Shown here: piece by piece, positions 40,151 through 52,874 of the stretch
Numbering within the stretch: the first letter of the stretch is position 1
Layout: each line of letters starts with the position of its first letter
NCBI GenBank assembly: GCA_002269645.1
Contig: NIVC01002836.1
Span: 62,001-126,000 of the forward strand
DNA length: 64,000 nt
Direction of reading: 5' to 3'
Source of the DNA: Macrostomum lignano
Taxonomy: Eukaryota
Notes under the pieces: model-generated
The model's input: the letters and a program-made list of their open reading frames with translations, nothing else
What the model was told of the DNA's origin: nothing
Database searches by the model: none
Made by a program: the position numbers and the translations under genes

Positions 40151-40395
40151 TATCACTATTTTTCCTAGGAATACCAAGCATTAAGTTTAGAAAGATGGAC
40201 TGATAAATATTGTGACAATCTAGATATACATAAATTTTATCTTCAATGCTAACAAAATGGCCAATTGTGTTGACAAGCCAAAAGTAAAAAATTCATTGGT
40301 TAATATTTTCAGTTCATCCAGCTTGACAAAATTACGCACTAACTGTGAATTTACATTTTCAAGTTTCAATTCATTGACCCCTGTCAGTGCACGCG

Positions 40396-42539
<2,144 letters not shown>

Positions 42540-42621
42540 CGGGAGCTTTGGATTCTTTGAGACTCTGTGCTTATTGCGTAACTAGGGGATATTCTGCTCA
42601 TTTGCTAATGGCTTGGGTTGC

Positions 42622-43045
42622 ACCAGACACAATGATGCGGTCCAGTTCAATTAGTTCAATTCAGAGAGACACAATGATGCAGTCCAGTTTGATTAGTTCA
42701 ATTCAGAGAGAGACACAATGATGCGGTCCAGTTCAATTAGTTCAATTCAGAGAGACACAATGATGTGGTCCAGTTTGATTAGTTAAATTCAGAGAGAGAC
42801 ACAATGATGCGGTCCAGTTCAATTAGTTCAATTCAGAGAGACACAATGATGCGGTCCAGTTCAATTAGTTCAATTCAGAGAGACACAATGATGCGGTCCA
42901 GTTCAATTAGTTCAATTCAGAGAGAGACACAATGATGCGGTCCAGTTCAATTAGTTCAATTCAGAGAGACACAATGATGCGGTCCAGTTCAATTAGTTCA
43001 ATTCAGAGAGAGACACAATGATGCGGTCCAGTCCAATTAGTTTAA
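42622..43045. repeat. 40-44-bp repeat (AGAGACACAATGATGCGGTCCAGTTCAATTAGTTCAATTCAG), about 10 copies
   Basis: Direct tandem units just 3' of the ALG5 stop; length varies in the (GA)n part. Confidence 0.95.
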
Positions 43046-43448
43046 ATAATGTCTCCAAGGTTAAGAAAAAGCCTAGTTTCTAAATTATGATAAAAATACT
43101 TTTCTAACATAAACTAAATTAATATTCATATCATAAACTTAATTAATTATATATAATTTTAATTCACAATCTTAGGGCAATGTGGCCTAGAGCTCTCATG
43201 TGTCTAACATTCTAGAACAAATTTTATTGGCGATGCACTATTAGTTAAAGAGCGCATTCCTATCTATTGCCGGCTATGATCTTCTATTAATAAACCACTT
43301 CTTTTTTAATCTGTTAAATCCGTCACTATATTTGGCTAGTCAGACTCTGCTGTTAATGTTTATACAATTGAGAGCTGCTTGTGTTTTTCTCACTTCTATG
43401 CTTTACCCCTGCTGTGCTGTTAAACTAGATTTTTATTTAAAACTTTAG

Positions 43449-44343
43449 GAATCCCAGTTCCATAGCTTCAGCATCCCAGTTCCATAGCTTCAGAATCCCA
43501 GTTCCATAGCTTCAGCACCCCAGTTCCATAACTTCAGAATCCCAGTTCCATAATCTCAGAATCCCAGTTCCATAACTTCAGAATCCCAGTTCCATAACTT
43601 CAAAATCCCAGTTCCATAACTTCAGAATCCCAGTTCCATAACTTCAAAATCCCAGTTCCATAATCTCAGAATCCCAGTTCCATAACCCCAGCATCCCAGT
43701 TCCATAACTTCAGAATCCCATTTCCATAATCTCAGAATCCCAGTTCCATAACTTCAGAATCCCAGTTCCATAAACCCAGCATCCCAGTTCCATAAACCCA
43801 GCATCCCAGTTCCATAAACCCAGCATCCCAGTTCCATAACTTCAACATCCCAGTTCCATAAACCCAGCATCCCAGTTCCATAAACCCAGCATCCCAGTTC
43901 CATAAACCCAGCATCCCAGTTCCATAACTTCAACATCCCAGTTCCACAACTTCACCATCCCAATTCCATAGCTTCAGCATCCCGGTTCCACAACTTCACC
44001 ATCCCAGTTCCATAGCTTCAGCATCCCAGTTCCACATCTTCACCATCCCAATTCCATAGCTTCAGCATCCCAGTTCCACAACTTCACCATCCCAATTCCA
44101 TAGCTTCAGCATCCCAGTTCCACATCTTCACCATCCCAATTCCATAGCTTCAGCATCCCAGTTCCACATCTTCACCATCCCAATTCCATAGCTTCAGCAT
44201 CCCAGTTCCACAACTTCACCATCCCAATTCCATAGCTTCAGCATCCCAGTTCCACAACTTCACCATCCCAATTCCATAGCTTCAGCATCCCAGTTCCACA
44301 ACTTCACCATCCCAATTCCATAGCTTCAGCATCCCAGTTCCAA
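43449..44343. repeat. 22-bp minisatellite (ATCCCAGTTCCATAACTTCAGA), about 40 copies
   Basis: Period 22 measured (43451 and 43473). Confidence 0.96.
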
Positions 44344-44837
44344 TAGTTTTGTTTCCTAAGTAATTCTTTTTATCTTGTCGTCAAGCATATATTTTTTACG
44401 ATCTGTTTCATTTCTTCTCTAAAGCAGATGCTGTCCGGTTTGCATAGCTTCTTCATCATAGTGCTGATACTCTGTCCTTGCGTAGCTGTTTATCTGTTAT
44501 TTCCTTTGTTCTTCTCTGTTCAAACTTTGATTGGATGCGTTGCTTCTGACTCTTGCTTGGGTGTTATATAATTCTATTTCTGCTCTTTGCTAAATAGCAG
44601 TGGCCCCTGATTGTGTTATAACCTCTATTACACTATGCCATACTAAATTTATGTTTATTGAAGCATTAACAGTAAAATATAATAAAAGAAATTAATTTGT
44701 ATTTTGCATAACCGGAATACAATTACTGATATGGCGCTATTGATGGCTTTAACTAATAATTCAGTAACACTTGAGAGCAATGGAGTTCTTTATTTATATT
44801 CGATTTAAAATCAGGATGTTTTTTATTTAAACCGGTG

Positions 44838-45490
44838 TTAAACAGGTGCCACTATGACCCTGGGTTGAACAGGTGTCACTATGACCCAGGGTTGAACAGG
44901 TGCCACTATGACCCAGGGTTGAACAGGTGTCACTATGACCCAGGGTTGAACAGGTGTCACTATGACCCAGGGTTGAACAGGTGTCACTATGACCCAGGGT
45001 TGAACAGGTGTCACTATGACCCAGGGTTGAACAGGTGCCACTATGACCCAGGGTAGAACAGGTGTCACTATGACCCAGGTAGAACAGGTGTCACTATGAC
45101 CCAGGTAGAACAGGTGTCACTATGACCCAGGTAGAACAGGTGTCACTATGACCCAGGGTAGAACAGGTGTCACTATGACCCAGGGTTGAACAGGTGTCAC
45201 TATGACCCAGGTAGAACAGGTGTCACTATGACCCAGGGTAGAACAGGTGTCACTATGACCCAGGTAGAACAGGTGTCACTATGACCCAGGGTAGAACAGG
45301 TGTCACTATGACCCAGGGTAGAACAGGTGTCACTTTGACCCAGGGTAGAACAGGTGTCACTTTGACCCAGGGTTGAACAGGTGTCACTATGACCCAGGGT
45401 TGAACAGGTGTCACTATGACCCAGGGTAGAACAGGTGTCACTTTGACCCAGGGTAGAACAGGTGTCACTATGACCCAGGGTAGAACAGGT
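44838..45490. repeat. 26/27-bp minisatellite (GAACAGGTGTCACTATGACCCAGGGTT), about 24 copies
   Basis: Direct tandem units. Confidence 0.96.
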
Positions 45491-45982
45491 AATTGCCGTT
45501 ATTAAAATGTAAAAGTACAAATCAGTAATGCTAAATACTCGTATATGTATCATTAAGATTTACCAGGAAGTCCTATCGTCAATTAAAGCGGGATGTCTGC
45601 TACACAATTTCCCGAAAACAATTCAAGTTGCTTGTAAAGACCGCTTAAATACATGGACAGATAAATTGCAGAATAGCGCTTGGTGCACTCGCGAATCGTG
45701 CGAATTATTACTCAAGACTGGCTCACGTTGCTAAGTGCTAATTGGAGAAAAATTAAGTAGGCTATCTCTCATCCCATTCTGTCAATCCGAACAGTCCAAT
45801 TCCATTCGCATACGGCATGTCAACACAGCGGCCCTGGGTCTTCAAAAGACATTTACAATCTGATCTACTCTGCTTTGCACTGAGCTACGTGTCAATTTCA
45901 CTTGCATTTTGGCACAATTTGCGAGTACAGCGTCCTTCCACTTGAGTTGTCGGTCTGTCCATCACTAATCTATCAGTGCAGG

Positions 45983-48474
45983 TCACGGGCAGTACTTCTT
46001 AAAAGCCTCGTCCAGTTCCGGCTTGGTGAGGGCGACGTGGGCCACGCCGAAGCAGGCGAGCCAGCCACGGTAGCCGGGCAGCGCGGACTGGAAGGCGTTG
46101 CCCAGCACCAGCAGGCTGTCGCGGTCCGGGTAGCGATGGTTCGATGTAGCCGGCGAATGGGACGACGCGTCGACACCGTTCCGATAGAAGGTGGCTCGTC
46201 CAGTTGACGACATCACGACGGCGCCGCGCAAGCCGGCTGGATCGGGCGAGCCGGCGGAGTCCTTGGCCGGGTCGGACTCGTCTCGAAAGTAGCCGGCGCT
46301 GCTGTACATGGACAGGTCCGTGCTGCGGGGGTTCTCCACGAGGGCGAGGCCGGGCTCCCCGGCTGGGCCGCTGACGTCGGCCAGGAGCGAGTCGTACTCT
46401 GCTGGCCGCTGAACGTAGTAGAACAGCGACCAGTCACGGTTCTGCTTCAGCTGCCTATGGAGGATGGAGAGCAGGAGCAGTGTTTGCCAAGGAGAGCTGG
46501 AAGTTGCATGACGCGGATTGCCTAGCATCAATACCCTTTATGGCCATAGACATCCAAAGTCGTTTCATCCTCAGGCGCTGAACCAAATTAATTACATACA
46601 CACGTAATGCCGCTGTTCCTACAGAGCAAGGAGTTCTATAATTAGCAACTATGTTCTTTGATTGCTAATTTTAGAACTCCTTGCTACAGAGGCTCGAGGG
46701 ACATGTAAGTGGAAACTTCTTTCCCTGCACTCTCTCACCTTGTCAGTGCGCCGCCCTCGGTATCAATCTGAATGCCCCTCGACCCATTCAGCACGGCGCC
46801 TCGCGCGCCTCCGACCAGGACAGCGTCGCCCCAGCTCAGCACCCGGTAGTGGCCGGGCCTGGCCAGGTTGCCTCCGGGCGAATCCTGACGGCGGAAATCG
46901 TAGGCGGCCGGAATTGGCCATTCCGGGGGTGTGGGCGGCTGCGTGGGCGGCTGCGTCGGTGGTTGCGTGGGCGGCTGCGTCGGTCGCTGCGTCGGCGGCT
47001 GCGTCGGCGGCTGCGTCGGCGGCTGTGTCGGTAGTTGCGTGGGCGGCTGCGTCGGTGGCTGCGTCGGTGGCTGCGTCGGCGGCTGCGTCGGTGGCTGCGT
47101 CGGTGGCTGCGTCGGTGGCTGCGTCGGTGGCTGCGTCGGCGGCTGCGTGGGCGGCAGGCCGGACCTCGGCCGCTTGCAGATGAAGTTCCGCCTCAGATGG
47201 CAGGGTGCAGAGAGCAGGTTCCGGTCGCGCAGCAGCACGCAGTTGGTTACCAAGTCGGTCTTCGGGTGGCCGGCTGCCCAGACTGGGAAGCCCCGATGAT
47301 CGCCGGATCTGTCGGCCCAGTGGTAGCAGATCTGCTGCTTGCGGCCGTTGAAATAGTCGACTCGGCAGGGATTGAGCTTTACCAGGCCCAGCCAGAGCTC
47401 CACTGAGCAGATGGGCTCGCTGAGGTCCAGCAGACTGAGCAGGCGGAGCTCCGACTCGGTGTGGACAGAGACCACGTGGGCCTGCGGGGGTCGAGTTTGG
47501 ATCAGCGACGATGATGGAGGGTCAGAAGGGTAGGTAGTGGGTCAGGATGTCATTGTGGAGAGTCAGGAGGTCAGGGAGTCAGGAGGTCAGGGAGTCAGGA
47601 GGTCAGGTAGTCAGGAGGTCAAGGAGTCAGGAGGTCAGGGAGTCAGGAGGTCAGGGAGTCAGGAGGTCAGGAGGTCAGGAGGTTAGGGAGTCAGGAGGTC
47701 AGGGGGTCAGGGAGTCAGGAGGTCAGGGAGTCAGGAGGTCAGGGAGTCAGGAGGTCAGGAGGTCAGGGAGTCAGGAGGTCAGGGAGTCAGGAGGCCAGGG
47801 AGTCGGGAGGTCAGGGGGTCAGGGAGTCAGGAGGTCAGTACTCAGTCAGTGGCTGACCTGTCTTCCAGCACAGAAGAAATCGGCCTCAATATAAGTGGCC
47901 TTGAAGCCGGGTTGCTGGTAGCAATAGTCACCAAAACTGTACCAGCCACTCGGGCACGCAGGCCCTGGCGGTGGGGGTTCGAATCGGTCTTAGCCTGCCT
48001 GGCAACCGGGGCCTTGCAGACATAGCCCTGCCTGTCGTGATAGAGATTGTTCAGCCAAACCAGATTTTCAGCAGTCACCAGCGGCTGGTGCGGCGAGTAG
48101 AGCTTGGCGAAGTCGTGTCGCTGGAACGCCACGGCAGAACTGCCGTCCGTCCACCGGTAGCTGGCCGAGTCGTTGAGGCGGTCGGCGTGGGTGCCGTAGC
48201 GGCCGAGCCAGGCTGTCCGGCAGTAGGTGAGCCTGCCGACCAAGGTGTTCTCCGTCTGGCTGCCGATGGACACCAGGTGGCCGTCCTCGGCTTTGCAGGC
48301 CTGCTCGGCGGTGTACCAGTAGTCTGGCGACTCGGTCCAGCGGTAGCAGCTGCCCGAGTGGAGAATCCAGCCTTCGCTGTTGCTGCCCAAGCTGTCGCAC
48401 CTGTTCTTGCTAGCTGCCGAGGCTGCCCCTAGAAGCAGCAACAGTAGCGGCACAGAAACTGAAAGAAACTGCAT
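45983..48474 (-). CDS. Secreted protein: signal peptide, two C-type lectin domains, (PPTQ)n stalk, LamG/pentraxin-like domain; one frameshift near 47975
   Basis: Exons 48474-47858, 47481-46739, 46454-45983 with GT-AG and matching phases. CTLD1 CYRWTESPDYWYTAEQAC...HLVSI...WLG...YRWTDGS...YVCK; CTLD2 CPSGWYSFGDYCY...FC|AHVVSVH...LWLGL...WADRS...NCV...PC...FICK; C-terminal WSLFYYV...ATFYRNGV...LVLGN...YRGWLACFGVAHVALT. Confidence 0.85.
46937..47154 (-). repeat. Coding 12-bp repeat encoding (PPTQ), about 18 copies
   Basis: In frame within lectin exon 2. Confidence 0.95.
47560..47838. repeat. 8/16-bp repeat (GGGAGTCAGGAGGTCA) filling lectin intron 1
   Basis: Direct tandem units in intron 47482-47857. 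Confidence 0.93.
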
Positions 48475-48551
48475 TCTAAAAAAATTCAACTAAGTCAACC
48501 TGCTCTCGGGTTTGGCAATTTTTCTGCCCTTTTGAGCTCTCGGCTTTCGCG

Positions 48552-48565
48552 GTTGCCATGGAAAC
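48552..48565. promoter_or_regulatory. RFX X-box GTTGCCATGGAAAC about 80 bp upstream of the lectin ATG
   Basis: Full match to GTHNYY-AT-RRNAAC at a promoter-proximal position. Confidence 0.62.
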
Positions 48566-49011
48566 CCGATTTCGTCTTATCTGTTTGGTGAGTCGAAAGT
48601 TGAAAGAATTCGGCAAGGATTTGAGATAAGAACTGCTCTGTGCAAGCTTTTGCTTCTCATAGCTGAGCTTCTATCGCCAAAAATTTTACAACTGCTCGAA
48701 AAAAACTTTAGAAATCGAATGCGTTCAGGCCGTGGGTTCAAGATAGCAGCATAGCTGGGGCACCTCTTCGAGCACAGAAAGTCTGACGAAAAACAACAAA
48801 AAGACAAATGACACACCGGATGTCCTGCTAAGCGTAGAAATGTGTTTCACAGGTCTTAACAAAATATTGTTTTTCACCTGACTGAAGCTCTGCGCTCGAT
48901 TCCTCTTAAGCCTTTTGGTTTTTTCTGCTTCATTTCATTTATATTTTGCAAAAATTAGTATTGTGTCGCTCATTAGGTCTTGCATCAGTTAGATCACGCT
49001 ATAGTAATATA

Positions 49012-49200
49012 CCGATCATGCATCGGTCATCATATAGATAGGACATGTATCGGTCATATAGACAGGTCATGTATCGGTCATATAGACAGTTCATATATCG
49101 GTCATAGACAGGTCATGTATCGGTCATATAGACAGGTCATGTATCGGTCATATAGACAGGTCATGTATCGGTCATATAGACAGGTCATGTATCGTTCATA
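49012..49200. repeat. 24-bp repeat (CATATAGACAGGTCATGTATCGGT), about 7 copies
   Basis: Direct tandem units. Confidence 0.93.
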
Positions 49201-49241
49201 GCCAGATAGAACATTTATCGGTCATTGGCATCTCATTTCTA

Positions 49242-52200
49242 CTACTTGTCCATCCAAGCGTCGCCCCGTTGAAAAATCGAACCCCTGGCTGACACCAACG
49301 CTGCAAACCGGCCGGCCAGAATCTTCTCCATCAGCTCGAGCTCATCGGGCGACTCCGAGCGCGCCAGAATGCGCACCCGCCAGGTCCTGCTGCTCGCCTT
49401 CGCTTCGTCATCAACGCCGTTTTCCTCCTCCTCGGCCAGGAGCCGCCGGCTACTGCGGCACCTCTTGAGGTGCTGCGCCACCAGCTTCCGAGGTCCGGGC
49501 AGCTTCGGGCTGGCCTCCGTCAGCTCCCGGCACCAGTCGCCCACAGTCGGGCAGTTCGCCACCGCCGACGCCGCAGTCAGACGTCGAATGAGCAGGTGAG
49601 CTGCGCACTGACGGCAGCTGAGGCTGACCACGGCATTGGTGCAGCCGCACTCGAAGCTGCCACTGCCGCCACTGCCAACGCTGCTGACATCGTCTTTGTT
49701 GCTGTCGTCTTTCAATTTGTTTTGCGCACTACTGCCAGTAGTGCAGTTTGTCTCGCCGCGACAGCCGCAACCGAACGGACTGCGCAACGGGGCTGTTGGT
49801 GCACGTTTCCTTGGTGACATGCGAGCGACTCGCGCTTGAGTGCTGAAACTCAGATCGGGGCAGTGTCTGTCAGATCGGGGCAGTGTCTCTCAGATCGGGG
49901 CAGGGTCTCTCAGATCGGGGCAGTGTCTCTCAGATTGGAGCAGTGTCTGTCAGATCGGGGCAGTGTCTGTCAGATCGGGGCAGTGTCTCTCAGATCGGGG
50001 CAGTGTCTCTCAGATTGGGGCAGGGTCTGTCAGATTGGGGCAGGGTCTCTCAGATTGGGGCAGGGTCTCTCAGATTGGGGCAGGGTCTCTCAGATCGGGG
50101 CAGTGTCTCTCAGATTGGGGCAGTGTCTGTCAGATCGGGGCAGTGTCTCTCAGATCGGGGCAGTGTCTCTCAGATTGGGGCAGGGTCTCTCAGATTGGGG
50201 CAGGGTCTCTCAGATCGGGGCAGTGTCTCTCAGATTGGAGCAGTGTCTGTCAGATCGGGGCAGTGTCTGTCAGATCGGGGCAGTGTCTCTCAGATCGGGG
50301 CAGTGTCTCTCAGATTGGGGCAGGGTCTGTCAGATTGGGGCAGGGTCTCTCAGATTGGGGCAGGGTCTCTCAGATCGGGGCAGGGTCTCTCAGATCGGGG
50401 CAGTGTCTCTCAGATTGGGGCAGTGTCTGTCAGATCGGGGCAGTGTCTCTCAGATCGGGGCAGTGTCTCTCAGATCGGGGCAGTGTCTCTCAGATTGGGG
50501 CAGGGTCTCTCAGATTGGGGCAGGGTCTCTCAGATTGGGGCAGTGTCTCTCAGATTGGGGCAGGGTCTCTCAGATCGGGGCAGGGTCTCTCAGATTGGGG
50601 CAGGGTCTCTCAGATTGGGGCAGTGTCTCTCAGATTGGGGCAGGGTCTCTCAGATCGGGGCAGGGTCTCTCAGATCGGGGCAGGGTCTCTCAGATTGGGG
50701 CAGGGTCTCTCAGATTGGGGCAGGGTCTCTCAGATTGGGGCAGGGTCTCTCAGATTGGAGCAGTGTCTGTCAGATCAGGGCAGTGTCTGTCAGATTGGGG
50801 CAGTGTCTCTCAGATTGGGGCAGGGTCTCTCAGATCGGGGCAGGGTCTCTCAGATCGGGGCAGGGTCTCTCAGATTGGGGCAGGGTCTCTCAGATTGGGG
50901 CAGGGTCTCTCAGATTGGGGCAGGGTCTCTCAGATTGGGGCAGGGTCTCTCAGATCGGGGCAGTGTCTCTCAGATTGGGGCAGGGTCTCTCAGATTGGGG
51001 CAGGGTCTCTCAGATTGGGGCAGGGTCTCTCAGATTGGGGCAGGGTCTGTCAGATTGGGGCAGGGTCTCTCAGATTGGGGCAGGGTCTTTCAGATCGGGG
51101 CAGGGTCTCTCAGATTGGGGCAGGGTCTTTCAGATCGGGGCAGGGTCTCTCAGATTGGGGCAGGGTCTTTCAAATTGGGGCAGGGTCAGTCAGATCAGGG
51201 CAGTGTCTGTCAGATCGGGACAGTGTCTGTCAGATCGGTGGCAGTGTCTGTCAGATCGGGGCAGGGTCTGTCAGATCGGGGCAGGGTCTGTCAGATCGGG
51301 GCAGGGTCTGTCAGATCGGGGCAGGGTCTGTCAGATCGGGGCAGTGTCTGTCAGATCGGGGCAGTGTCTGTCAGATCGGGTGAGTTTGTAAAAGTCTGTA
51401 AAATTGTCTGTAAGAGTCTGTAAAAGAGCCTGCAAGGGGCTCACCTGTCCTCCGCCGGCTTCCAGCTTCTGGCCGCCGCCTGCAACAGCCGCGCCATGCC
51501 CGACTTTCCGCAGGACGAAGGCAGCGCGGCCGCGGTCAGCTCGGCCACCTTGGCAGCTTCGGCAGCCGCCTCGGCAGTCGACCCGGCCGTCAGCAGCAGC
51601 CGCACGATCCGGATGCTGCCGCGCCAGGACTCCGCGGCCAGCGACATCGGCGTCCGGCCTTCAGCCGACCGTCTGTCCGGCTGACAGGACGGGTGGGACA
51701 GCAGCTCCGCGGCCACCCGCAAGGAGTTCTTGTCCGCCGACTGGTGCAGCGGCGTCCAGCCGGAGTCGTCAAAAACGTCGGGATCGGCGCCGGCTGCCAG
51801 CAGCTCGGCGGCGGCATCGGCGGAGGCGTCACCGCCAAGGGCGCAGTAGTGCAGCGGCGTCCAGCCGTTGTCGCCGCGGCACTCAACTAACGAGGAGGCG
51901 GGCAGCAGCTGCAGCAGCTCGCGGACTGCGGCGGCAGCGGCAGATCCGCCGAGGCGAAGGCCGTCGCCGAGGCGCGACGCTTCTCGACGACTCAGTGGCT
52001 GAGCCTGTGGTGCAAGAGGTCAGAGCGGGTGGACTCGAGAAGAGATCAGAGCGGATGAACTCGAGAAGAGATCAGAGCGGGTGGACTCGAGAAGAGATCA
52101 GAGCGGGTGGACTCGAGAAGAGATCAGAGCGGGTGGACTCGAGAAGAGATCAGAGCGGGTGGACTCGAGAAGAGATCAGAGCGGGTGGACTCGAGAAGAG

Positions 52201-52468
52201 ATCAGAGCGGGTGGACTCGAGAAGAGATCAGAGAGGGTGAACTCGAGAAGAGATCAGGTAGACTCGAGAAGAGATCAGGTAGACCCGAGAAGAGATCAGT
52301 TAGGCTCGAGAAGAGATTAGGTAGGCTCGAGAAGAGATTAGGTAGGCTCGAGAAGAGATCAGGTAGACTCGAGAAGAGATTAGAGCGGGTAGACTCGAGA
52401 AGAGCAGTCAATCTCACCTTGTATGAGACGTGACTCTGCAGAGCCGCATCTGAAGTGAACTCAGGCAT
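49242..52468 (-). CDS. Ankyrin-repeat protein with a Cys-containing C-terminal domain resembling a degenerate Penelope-type GIY-YIG endonuclease, 403 aa
   Basis: Exons 52468-52418 (AAG|gtgaga), 52004-51445 (ccacag| ... AG|gtgagc), 49842-49242 (tttcag|); 1212 nt with phases 0 and 2 matching. Ankyrin motifs GWTPLHYCA, GWTPLHQSA, GRTPMSLAA. The C-terminal domain call is by eye. Confidence 0.82.
49847..51380. repeat. 20-bp minisatellite (CAGAT[C/T]GGGGCAG[T/G]GTCT[C/G]T), about 76 copies, filling an intron
   Basis: Direct tandem units; a 300-bp block at 49921 recurs at 50221. Confidence 0.97.
52018..52402. repeat. 26-bp repeat (GAGAAGAGATCAGAGCGGGTGGACTC) switching to a 21-bp variant, filling intron 1 of the ankyrin gene
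   Basis: Direct tandem units. Confidence 0.95.
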
Positions 52469-52874
52469 TTCGACAGAGGCTCAGTATAAACAGTTGTTAC
52501 TGGGAAAGAGTCTGTGAAATTCACAGCTAGCTAGAAATAGCTGTTTACAAACATATTCATATATTTATATATGCGAGTATGACGTTAAAGCAGCCAGACT
52601 ACACCCCACCCCATTCGGTGTGGAAACGTTGGAAAGGTGAAGATAATTAAATAATGTCATTCTGCCAGCCTTTAGTGGTTGGCGGCGGGTAGACAGTCTG
52701 CAGTTGAAGCTGTGCATTCATTGTCTCTCTGGTGGTGGCTGAGCGAGCCGTCAACAGAGAGCGCCGACTTGACTGCGTGTTTTGCCAATTCTCTCAAAAT
52801 AAAAACAATTCACAATGGCTACTTATATTTTGTGTATTAATTTATATTTTTTTTTAAATCGCATAATTTTATTA

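Noticed and set aside
42622-43045. ATGATG in each unit as a snoRNA C box
   Set aside because: Not RTGATGA, no D box (CTGA) partner; plain tandem repeat.
49836-51423. Three 500+ aa ORFs on the plus strand
   Set aside because: Products of a stop-free 20-bp repeat that lies in an intron of the minus-strand ankyrin gene.
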